Shown here: in pieces, positions 55,162-64,000 of the stretch
Layout of the letters: each line of letters starts with the position of its first letter
How positions within the stretch are numbered: position 1 is the first letter of the stretch
Source of the DNA: Leidyana gryllorum EB-2025a
Taxonomy: Eukaryota; Protista; Apicomplexa
Assembly (NCBI GenBank): GCA_048772705.1
Contig: JBLWGC010000230.1
Span: forward strand, 620,001 to 684,000
Reading direction: 5' to 3'
Length of the DNA: 64,000 bases
The notes under the pieces: generated by a model
What the model was told of the DNA's origin: nothing
Database searches by the model: none
Seen by the model: only the letters and a program-made list of their open reading frames with translations
Program-made: the position numbers and the translations under genes

Positions 55162-57177
55162 ATGATCCGGCGGCAGGTATTTTGGACTCGGCCATTTATT
55201 AATCTGACATTGGCGTACTCGGAGGAAGCGGATGTGTACCGATATCGCCGTTTGAGCAAATGTATTCGAAATTACATTGATTCCGATGATTTTCTGTTAC
55301 CTCACATAGATCTGACCTTTTGCCATATTGGATCAACTGGTCGCCTCGAGTGTTTGCGCAAAGGAATTAGTTATCCGGTGACTGTTTTGCAAAGGGTCCG
55401 GTCAGTTGTGCTCAACGGATTGTATTCGAGTGAACAAGACAGTGCCAACTTGCTGAAACTGTTGTTCACACATAGGTGCGGCCGGTTGGAGCGGCTGTCA
55501 GTGAGTTTGGCTGCTTGGCCGGAAGGGCTGACCATCAGTCAGCCATTGGAGAATTTGCGCTTTCTGAGACTCTTATTGCTCAATACGTTGACAGAAAAGT
55601 TGGTAATTGAGGCCCCTAATCTGAGTGTGCTGACCTGCACGAGTGACTCCATGGACAATGTTGTGATTTTGGGACGCTCCAAGTACTTGTCTGGGGCTAT
55701 GTGCTATCAACAAAGACATTTGCCCACAGCTCAAGTGAGCGTCTTCCAGAGCGGCGGTGTCCGGAACCCCATATTATGTTTCAATATCCTCGAGGCGGCC
55801 CTGCGGGCGGACGATCAGGGCGAATGGCTGAGGAGGGCCCCAACGCCATATCGACTGGAGTCCACCATAGCACCCGGAACGCCCACGGATTGGTTGGAGG
55901 TGTGGCGTCACTTTGGGGCCGATGGGGGCCCGGGTCAACGCGTTGGTGATCGCGGGGCGTGGCAATGGGAGCCGGAGAAGTGGAGGCCAGAGATGACGCT
56001 GACCATCTTGCCAGCGTTGGTGGAGATATGGGCATTGTTGGAACGATGTGTACCGATAGAATTGCGCTTACCAAACACCTCTGGCGGAGATCCGAGTCCG
56101 TCGGCGTTGTGGTCACCCGCGGTGGTGGGGGCTCCGCGATTGAGTGACACTTGTTTGTGTCGATTGAGTTACTGTGGAGACAGAGTGCCTTTGATGTGGC
56201 TTCAGTCGGGTCTCCCATACCCGAGCGAGATGCAGCCGACAGCGGAATGGTTCAAAGAAGGAATTTCGTCTCCCCCTTTTCAGGATCTGAACTTTGCTGT
56301 CACCACCACAGAAAATGGGTCAGAGATTGTGGAGGTTCTCCAGGGCATAGGCGCCTTTGACGTGGGCACTCTGGTGATAGGAATGATGCTGTCGACCCGA
56401 AAAGCCATCCGGAGTCGAGCATTGGAGCGCATAGTGTTGCACTGTGACACATGGTGGGCTGTCCATCGCACTTTGGAGAGGGCCAAGGCCGACTTGGACG
56501 GGTGGTACTCGGGATTTGAATGGGACAATTGGGTGGAGGGGAGCAAACGAGTGGTCATAGCAGATCATCAGGGCATTGAAAATCTCCATTTGATCGTTCA
56601 GAGTCTCAGATTGAACTATGTCTTCATTTTGACTCGCCCAACACTGAGCTTACTCAAAGTGTGGTACCGGCTCGGCTACCATTGTGCGAAACATTTGGGC
56701 ATGAGACTTCATCTTATCTTTCTCTTCCACATATATATGGACCCATTTTGTCTGGAATGTCTCTCGAGTTTGGCTGAGGGACGCTACGACGAGCCCACGC
56801 TTAACAAACTGGACGCCATGGACGACAGAGGGTTTGGGGGCGCGTGTGCCACCAACAGACTGAGCGAGAGACTGATGGAATACTTTAGACAGTGGTACCG
56901 GAGGTACTTTGACATCAGTGACTGCACAGAAATTCTGAAACACGTTCGCTTTGATCTCACCTTCCTTCAGAGTGTGTACAGATCAGTGCGCTTTTCCAAC
57001 GCCAATCTGTGCGATCTGCTGAAGCGGGCAGAGACTGGACCTCTTGACCCCAAAGACCCACATTGGTGGGCACTTCAAAGCCATCCAGAATGGAACTTGA
57101 CCGATTGCGGCTACATTACACCTTATTTGCCCTTTTACCGTCCAGACAATCGAATATTAGGGGGCGATGGCCTGTGA
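55162..57177 (+). CDS. F-box/LRR-like family paralog 2
   Basis: Long ORF with CGRLERLSV, LENLRFL, APNLSVL and C-terminal YMDP...LAEGRY...YFRQWY. Confidence 0.75.
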   Translation: MIRRQVFWTRPFINLTLAYSEEADVYRYRRLSKCIRNYIDSDDFLLPHIDLTFCHIGSTGRLECLRKGISYPVTVLQRVRSVVLNGLYSSEQDSANLLKLLFTHRCGRLERLSVSLAAWPEGLTISQPLENLRFLRLLLLNTLTEKLVIEAPNLSVLTCTSDSMDNVVILGRSKYLSGAMCYQQRHLPTAQVSVFQSGGVRNPILCFNILEAALRADDQGEWLRRAPTPYRLESTIAPGTPTDWLEVWRHFGADGGPGQRVGDRGAWQWEPEKWRPEMTLTILPALVEIWALLERCVPIELRLPNTSGGDPSPSALWSPAVVGAPRLSDTCLCRLSYCGDRVPLMWLQSGLPYPSEMQPTAEWFKEGISSPPFQDLNFAVTTTENGSEIVEVLQGIGAFDVGTLVIGMMLSTRKAIRSRALERIVLHCDTWWAVHRTLERAKADLDGWYSGFEWDNWVEGSKRVVIADHQGIENLHLIVQSLRLNYVFILTRPTLSLLKVWYRLGYHCAKHLGMRLHLIFLFHIYMDPFCLECLSSLAEGRYDEPTLNKLDAMDDRGFGGACATNRLSERLMEYFRQWYRRYFDISDCTEILKHVRFDLTFLQSVYRSVRFSNANLCDLLKRAETGPLDPKDPHWWALQSHPEWNLTDCGYITPYLPFYRPDNRILGGDGL

Positions 57178-57249
57178 ACCGAGACACCATCTAGGGCATT
57201 GTAAAGGGGCATAGAAGCAGAGTAAATTAAACACATATTAGGCTTAACA

Positions 57250-59439
57250 ATGACAATGATACTGTTAGAGTCAGATTTTGAGGACGACTATGATGACGAC
57301 TACGAAGAGTCTTGGCTTGAAAGGAACTCCACCGTTGCTAAGGTGACTGGAAAGGGAGCGGAGGTTTGCTGTCGAAACTCTTCGTAGGTGTTCAGAGCCC
57401 CCCTGATATGGCAAATCGTGCGGTTTCTGGACGGAGGCGATGCCAAGCGGCTCGAGAGGCTCAACCGCCGCTGCTTCGAGAGTCTAAACTCCAAAGACGA
57501 CCCAATTGCTGTGTGCCCAGTCTTGGATCTCACCTACGCTGAGAGAGTCAACGATGGACAGGAGCTCAAGTGCCGGAAAAGGAGACTAACCTATCGCAAC
57601 CACCCCGAACGCTGTGCCCGAATCGTCACTATGGGACACCCTGCCAGCGGAACCAGAGCGGGACTCGGATTTCGTTACCCTCTGAATGTTTATCAGTGGC
57701 ACTTTCTCCCACACATCGCACCCACAGTGGAGCGTCTCTTCCTCCTCGGCGCCGAGCTGCCCGAATCAGACACCTCCTTCCCTCAACTTACAGTGCTTTG
57801 CATTGTACGGCCAAGCGGTGCTGAGCCCAGAAAACGATGGAGAATCTTTGCTCCCAAACTACGGTATCTGATAACATCCTATCCCACTTGCCGGTGCATA
57901 GATCTGCGGAAGACTTCCCCTGACTTCGAGACCCTCCACGTCAACGCCCTCGGCCGTGTGCCAGACCCCTGGGAAGGGGTGCCGTGGTTCACTCTCAACC
58001 GACACGGCGACCAGTGCTTTCTCCATCAGCTGAAAAGCGCAATTCAATTCCGCCAGTCCAACTCCGGTCAATCGTGGGGGGACGGAGGCGGCGTACGACG
58101 CTCGATCGCTCCACTGACTCCTGGGTTTTGGGAAGCAGTCGCTGATCTCTTGGCGGAGGATCAAACTCTACTTGGTGTCTCAAAAGAAGTGTACTCTGAG
58201 TGTCTTGAGGCCGCAGCCGCTGATTGGAACCCCGCCGAGTGGACGGTAATGATGATATATCAGCTTCGCCATATCATCGGAGCTCTGTGGAGGCTCTTTG
58301 AGTCCATCTTGCCCAAAGGCGTCCGACTTGATCCAGTGTCCCCCCCCGGTATGAGCGCCGTTGGCATTGGATTCAGTGGGTGTCCAACCATTCCTTCGGA
58401 TTCTGAGGCCTTTCGGTTCGCTTTCTGCTGCAAGGAAGTCCCGCTAATCCTCTTCCCCTCCGTTGAGAAACAAACACACACCTTCCCACACACGCCAACT
58501 CCACTCCTAACACAGATGCAGTGCTTGAATAAGATGCCATTGTCAGAACCGCCCGAGTCTGACCCGTATTTCCCCTTCAGAAAGTGGACCTGGGGGCAGG
58601 GAGTGCAGAAAGACAAACGGACACCTATTCTACGCTACATTGGGCAACTGGACGAAGAAGATCAAAAAGTCTGGAGAAGATCACTCTTACCCTACGAGGA
58701 ATGGGAGCGGTTGTTGCAGTGCATTCCTGCGAATCTGACTGATGACGCCGAAGCGGGACACCTCAGACGCCCCCCGGATGCAGATTGGGTTATGTTCATT
58801 AATGAGATGCGTCGAACCAGTGGTCAAGCACTCCGCCGTATCATTCGATTGTTCCATATCAGTCATGTTATCATCATGGAAGGCGCTACCAATTCATTGA
58901 TAGCGACTTGGTACTATTATGGCGAAGAAGCAAAATCCTGTGGAGCTAGAGTACGGGTACTGTTTGGCAGTTGTACCTATGTACACCCAGTTGCTCTTAA
59001 TGTGCTGGTGGATATGGCTGAGGGTATTTATCGGCCCGGACAAGGCAATAAATTGTCAGCCATTGAAACCAGCGTATTTGCTGATTACCATCCCGTTTGT
59101 GAGGTCAATGTAATTCAATTCCGCTACTTCACTTCCATGTATGCTCGCATGCGACGCGCTATTGATATATATATGCTCGCTGACATCAGCAGTAGAGCCA
59201 GCTTCCAACCGCACGCTTATACTGCACGATTTGATCGGCTGGCAGAGATCATCTGCCGCATAATGAGACCTGCCAACACTATGGAGAACGACCTCTGGAT
59301 CAACTGGGGCATAGACGATCTAATAGGTCATTGTTGTCCTCAGGAAACTGTGTGCACGGCAATCCCACTGTGGCGATTTATCGACTGGCAGGATGTCGAC
59401 CAAGCGGACATATGGGAAGCTTTCGACCCCCGAAGATGA
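57250..59439 (+). CDS. F-box/LRR-like family paralog 3 (two exons; intron 57343-57387)
   Basis: A 93-nt first exon splices in frame to the GTG-started ORF. IVRFLDGGDAKRLERLNR, FPQLTVL, APKLRYL, YVHP...MAEGIY...YFTSMY. Confidence 0.75.
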
Positions 59440-59462
59440 TCGATTGGACAGGAATCTGTAAC

Positions 59463-59497
<35 letters not shown>
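59463..59497. repeat. (TTAG)n microsatellite
   Basis: About 8.5 units between convergent genes. Confidence 0.95.
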
Positions 59498-59645
59498 CCT
59501 ATTTGGATGTATATAGTTGCATCTAAAGCATTCCAGCTAAGTTGCAGAGTCAAAAAATGTCATCAGTAGTAATTCCGTGCAGAAGATCAGCAATAAGCAG
59601 CAACAGCACACACGGGTGCGATCGAATCCAAAAAATGGAAATATC

Positions 59646-61718
59646 TCAATACCGCGGGCACATTGAACCCCGCCTGGGACGGAAGAGTGGCAGACGATCT
59701 AGTGTGGGTGAGAGAACTTCCATATACTTGCCAAGATTCTTGTCACCACCATTGCTTGATTCAGCCGATTCGTGAATGTCGTCATCCACTTGGTCGTCTT
59801 GTTGTTTTTCTTCATGGTGGTTTGTCAGTTGTTCGAGCATATCAGCGACATCAGAGGGTCGTGTATAAGCTTGATCATGTATATGTTCCAGAACACCGGG
59901 TTCGAAGTGGACTTCTTGTAGTGCCGGGAATGGTACTTGGAGGATGAGCTCGTTGTACCATTTTTCAAAGTACGCTTGTTGGCTCGCATTCGCTAAAAGC
60001 AGGGGCGTGAACAACGAGGCCCCATGGTCCGTTGCTTGGGCAATATGCTCAAGGGATCTTAAGGTTTCCTTTGCGTAATGGCCCCGACTCATCTCGAGCA
60101 TTGCTTGCATCAAAGTTGGATGCATGTATGCGAGTTTAGCGAAGAAGATGTGTGGCGTCTGTGTGTTGGTAGTAGATTGGGGAGTGGGGTTTTTCGCAGA
60201 AGTGGTCGTCAATGCGTGTTGGAGTGCAAAGCCCAGGCGGTAGGCTTCAAGAACGGTAATCAATGTGGGGGAATCGAGGAAGAAGATGTGAGTGCAATGG
60301 TTGGCCAAGATCTGATTATAAGCACTCGGAAAAATGGTTGGGTCGGAATCGCACATGAGGATCAATTGGCATTGATCACTCAATGCTAGAGATTCGCAGC
60401 CTCTTCTCGGAGTCTCTTCAGAAAGTAAGCCCATAAAAGTTTCAGCGTTCATCACCAGTCTCTTCAGATTGGAGAGATCTCGTGAAAACAGGGGCGTGTG
60501 ATCGCTGGTGGCAGCGGCAATTTCATATATGAGTTCAATAGATCCATCGTTGGGACTGAATGCGGTGCCAAAATCGGGAGCGAGATCGGGTCGAGATCTC
60601 AGCTCGAATGGGAAGTCGTTGTTGTCATCTTGGGGATAGAGAGTCTTTTTCGAAAACCATCCCAGAGGTACCGTTGTACCACATCGTATCAGCGCTTGAG
60701 TTTCCGATGGGGTAAGGCGTAATTGACTTTCTTGGTGGAGACGGCCCCATGTCGCTCGGATTCGCTTCTGGGGTACCAATCTACTGAATGCCTCCAAGTC
60801 GTGAGCAGAATCTATGATGTCCCAGACGGACACCAGAATAGGTGCCACAGCCCTTTGCATGGCGGGTGTCCAACAGTTCAATTTCCAGACGCTTCCGCTG
60901 GCAGTGAACTCTGTCAATCGTGTGTGCATCAGAGCCCTTCGCTCCGGTTTGACGTGCTTATTCAGCGCCAACGCAGCTTGCAGCCACCGCACCTGGAGCC
61001 CAGGCGATATGGTGGTGGCCAAACCGCTCACATCACTCGTAGAAGGGGCAAACAACTGCTCCAACTGAGCGATAATGTTGGTGGGGTCCGCAGCCAAACT
61101 GCTACTCGCAGCCACCTCAACGAGAAATTCGCCTCGGGCCGAATAGCCGCACGGCACTCTCGTGAGTCTCGGAGCGGGAACCTCTATACCTTCTAATATA
61201 TCTAAGGTTCCCATGAAGTAATCCAAATTTGGCGCGTCCAGCTTCAGTTTCGGCTGTAACACGGACTGTCTTTCCCGCACAACGATAAACAGATATTTGA
61301 GGTTGGGGAAAGAGCCTCGGAAAGACGTCCAGTCAACTTGACCATCTTGGGATATTATTGAGGGCCACTCGTCCACGCATATCTGTAATGTTTCCAAGCG
61401 GGGGCAGCCTTCACTGAGCAACAACGACAACAACATCGCTACCGCTTCGTTACTCAATCCGCCCCCGTTCAGCGATAAAGCCCAAGATTTCAGTAACTGT
61501 GCCTTCCGATATCTCCTCTTCAGTCCACCCAAACCTCTGATGTACTCTCCCTCGTCTTTCCACCCCTCGAGAGTCACAGATCCAAGCGAAGCATTGTCGG
61601 TCTCAAAGTACCGACTGGACGCAGAGTTCAGCCGCTTGAGACTCGATACTGTGTTTTCCGTACAATACTTGGTCACGTGCTCCACATAGCAAGACGAAAG
61701 TACGAGGGGAGCCAACAT
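59646..61718 (-). CDS. F-box/LRR-like family paralog 4 (inverted)
   Basis: SLKRLNS, CPRLETLQI, FPNLKYL, APNLDYF, YMHP...MSRGHY...YFEKWY. Confidence 0.75.
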   Translation of the reverse strand: MLAPLVLSSCYVEHVTKYCTENTVSSLKRLNSASSRYFETDNASLGSVTLEGWKDEGEYIRGLGGLKRRYRKAQLLKSWALSLNGGGLSNEAVAMLLSLLLSEGCPRLETLQICVDEWPSIISQDGQVDWTSFRGSFPNLKYLFIVVRERQSVLQPKLKLDAPNLDYFMGTLDILEGIEVPAPRLTRVPCGYSARGEFLVEVAASSSLAADPTNIIAQLEQLFAPSTSDVSGLATTISPGLQVRWLQAALALNKHVKPERRALMHTRLTEFTASGSVWKLNCWTPAMQRAVAPILVSVWDIIDSAHDLEAFSRLVPQKRIRATWGRLHQESQLRLTPSETQALIRCGTTVPLGWFSKKTLYPQDDNNDFPFELRSRPDLAPDFGTAFSPNDGSIELIYEIAAATSDHTPLFSRDLSNLKRLVMNAETFMGLLSEETPRRGCESLALSDQCQLILMCDSDPTIFPSAYNQILANHCTHIFFLDSPTLITVLEAYRLGFALQHALTTTSAKNPTPQSTTNTQTPHIFFAKLAYMHPTLMQAMLEMSRGHYAKETLRSLEHIAQATDHGASLFTPLLLANASQQAYFEKWYNELILQVPFPALQEVHFEPGVLEHIHDQAYTRPSDVADMLEQLTNHHEEKQQDDQVDDDIHESAESSNGGDKNLGKYMEVLSPTLDRLPLFRPRRGSMCPRY

Positions 61719-62023
61719 TCACTTGTTCTTATATGTAATTTTATTCGCTACTCTAATGATCACTCCCAAAATCCAATCGAAGATCTCTCCCTTTCAACCA
61801 AAAACACTCCAAAGATCCACTCAGTGCCCATAGCAACCACTCCCTGATGTGCCCGTGTGTTCGTGTGTGTGCGCGTTTGCGCGCGTGTGTGTGAGTGGCT
61901 CAGGCCAGTTGTGGGGGTTCTGGCAGTCGATCCGCACAGGGCATTGGGTCAAAGATTTTTGGTGTCCCAATATTGTGGGTGCCATTGTAAATTCTTGGCT
62001 GAAGTAGAGTAGTGGTTGCCAAG

Positions 62024-63256
62024 ATGAGTGCTGTATTGGAGCCTATGCGGATTAAGGGGTTGGAGCTGCCCAACAAGATGGTTCTTGCCCCCATGTGTAC
62101 CTGGTTGGCTGAGCCGGGAGTGAACGAGATAACGGACCGTCACATAGTCCACTACACCAACATTGCCATGGGGGGTACGGGTTTGATCATCGTGGAGGCC
62201 TCCCCCGTTGAGTACCGTGGACGCATAGATTGGAAAGACGTCGGTATCTGGTCGGATCGTCAGGTTCTGGGTTTCCGTCGCCTGAACGATATCATTCACA
62301 AGACCACCAAGTCCAAGACTGGCATTCAGCTCGGCCACTGTGGGCGTAAGGGGAATGGGCGCGATACCATGTCTCCGCACCCGCGTCAACTGGGACCCAA
62401 CGACGAGCACGGAGCCACCAGCATCGCCCCCAGCGCCATTGCTTTCCATCAGGAGGGCAGAGGGCCTTACAGAACTCCCAAAGAAGCCACCATAGCCGAG
62501 CTGAAGACCATCAAGAAGGCGTACATCCAAGCCGCCAAGAGAGCTGTAAAAGCGGGCTTCGATATGATTGAGATCCACAGTGCCCACGGGTATCTGCTCT
62601 GCTCTTTCACCAGTCCCCTGTCCAACCAACGTACCGATCAGTACGGTGGCTCTCTCGAAAATCGATGCCGCTTCCCTCTGGAAGTGGTCCAAGCGGTTCG
62701 CGAAGTCATCCCCAAAAACATGCCCTTGTTCGTCCGCATCTCGGCCTCCGAGTGGATTGAGGGCGGATTCACCCCGGAAGACAGTATCTACTACTCCAAA
62801 GAGCTCGTCAAGGCGGGAGCAGATATGATTCATGTCAGCTCCGGGGCCAACAGTGCTGATCAAATGCTCCCGGAAGGGAAGCATTTCCAGATCCCGTTGG
62901 CCGAACGGATCAAAAAGGAGGCCGGGGTCCCCGTGGTAGCTGTTGGAGACATTGATGATCTCAGCTATGCTGATGAGATCATTAAGAGCAACAAAGCCGA
63001 TATGGTGGCCGTTGGCCGAGCACTTCTCAACAACCCCTACTGGCTCAGGAATGAGGCCGCTCGTCTCAGCTTGGAACAGGCGGACAACATGTGCCCCAAA
63101 TATCAGGCCTACGCCTACGGCTCTGTCCGTAAGGCCACCATGAAGGGCGCGTTGGGCAAAATACTGCAAGACGGCGCCACCTCCGACGCCAGCTTTGGAA
63201 CTCGCTCGCTGAAAAGTCTCGCTGAGAAAAGCGTTTCAGAGGCCACAGGAGGGTAA
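62024..63256 (+). CDS. NADH:flavin oxidoreductase / Old Yellow Enzyme, YqjM(NamA)-like, paralog 2
   Basis: APMC, QLGHCGRK, AGFDMIEIHSAHGYLL, NQRTDQYGGSLENR, GRALLNNPYW; intronless. Confidence 0.94.
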   Translation: MSAVLEPMRIKGLELPNKMVLAPMCTWLAEPGVNEITDRHIVHYTNIAMGGTGLIIVEASPVEYRGRIDWKDVGIWSDRQVLGFRRLNDIIHKTTKSKTGIQLGHCGRKGNGRDTMSPHPRQLGPNDEHGATSIAPSAIAFHQEGRGPYRTPKEATIAELKTIKKAYIQAAKRAVKAGFDMIEIHSAHGYLLCSFTSPLSNQRTDQYGGSLENRCRFPLEVVQAVREVIPKNMPLFVRISASEWIEGGFTPEDSIYYSKELVKAGADMIHVSSGANSADQMLPEGKHFQIPLAERIKKEAGVPVVAVGDIDDLSYADEIIKSNKADMVAVGRALLNNPYWLRNEAARLSLEQADNMCPKYQAYAYGSVRKATMKGALGKILQDGATSDASFGTRSLKSLAEKSVSEATGG

Positions 63257-63428
63257 GTCTTTGTCGAATCGAACCCCCCTCCTTCGCAAATACGCCTTTC
63301 ACCTTACGCAGGCGCAATGGAGTCTTTATCTGCTGTGTTCAGCAGACCTTTGCCACCGACAATGAGTTTGTCCATTAAAATTAATTCGTACAATTTCTGA
63401 TCGACGGATCGATCCAATTTTTCTTGCA

Positions 63429-64000
63429 TTATTCGTGATATACTTCGCCAGCCGTCGACTCTCCACCCATCCAAGCCCCCCTCCCGGCTTTAGATACATT
63501 CAGAGTCGGTAATTTTATGCCCAATCGCTTTGGTGCCGCCACCTTTGGCGGTGGCCGATACGATTCCCACCCTGATGACGATGAAGTACTCGAACTCGAC
63601 GACCCAATCGAGTAGTTTGGATCTGATTCAGCGGATGCCACTATCACAGCAACCTGTTCTTTGATTTTCCGATCACTTGACGGCTCACTGCAGCAAAAGG
63701 GAACAGTCGCACAGTCGTCTCGCCATAATCCAATACTCACTTTTGCTCCACAGTTTTGATCTGACGGCCCTGCAACCGTAACCGTTCTCGCTGAACAACC
63801 AAAACAGTCTCATGCAGCTCATCCCATTGATAATCTATCATCGGCATCGCCGGATCGAAAGGGGGAGGTGACGATGTCGGCTTCGGCACCAACAGCTTCC
63901 CCTTCCGATACGACCGAAAACACGAGTCAGCTAACCGAGTTGCTGATCTCAGAGCCTGCAGACCCTGGTGCATTGATGTAAATGCCTCAATAGATTTTGC
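63429..64000 (-). CDS. 3' part of a hypothetical multi-exon gene running off the window
   Basis: Two adjacent minus-strand ORFs with a GTGAGT donor at their junction; no recognisable motif. Confidence 0.35.

Noticed and set aside
61949-63169. 406-aa antisense ORF opposite the OYE gene
   Set aside because: It lies in the antisense frame of a codon-biased gene and has no motifs; such shadow ORFs are common.

Overview
Compact, intron-containing eukaryotic DNA with very short GT-AG introns (about 37-47 nt). A Cys-repeat oocyst-wall-like protein, a bacterial-type glucan branching enzyme and the gene density suggest an apicomplexan, probably a gregarine (inference). The window has three zones. (1) An accessory zone (about 5-26 kb) holds a tandem family of unknown proteins and three copies of a conserved upstream element plus micro-ORF. 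It also holds two complete, almost identical 4,930-bp Ty3/Gypsy LTR retrotransposons (179-bp LTRs, tRNA-Pro-type PBS, PPT). Each has its own 5-bp target-site duplication (GTCAT, ACAAG), and they sit 312 bp apart, antisense, in the same host ORF, which reads through in frame when both are removed. Their single gag-pol ORF starts inside the LTR and reads through the PBS. (2) A tightly packed housekeeping core (26-46 kb) holds GlgB, ACL4, an RRM/KH protein, SPF30, WDR83, CHD1, RtcB and an Old Yellow Enzyme, with head-to-head start codons only 14-30 bp apart. (3) A second accessory zone (46-64 kb) holds an F-box gene, an ankyrin protein, an ENT transporter, four divergent F-box/LRR-like paralogs and a second Old Yellow Enzyme. 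Exon boundaries were inferred by eye and no database searches were run.
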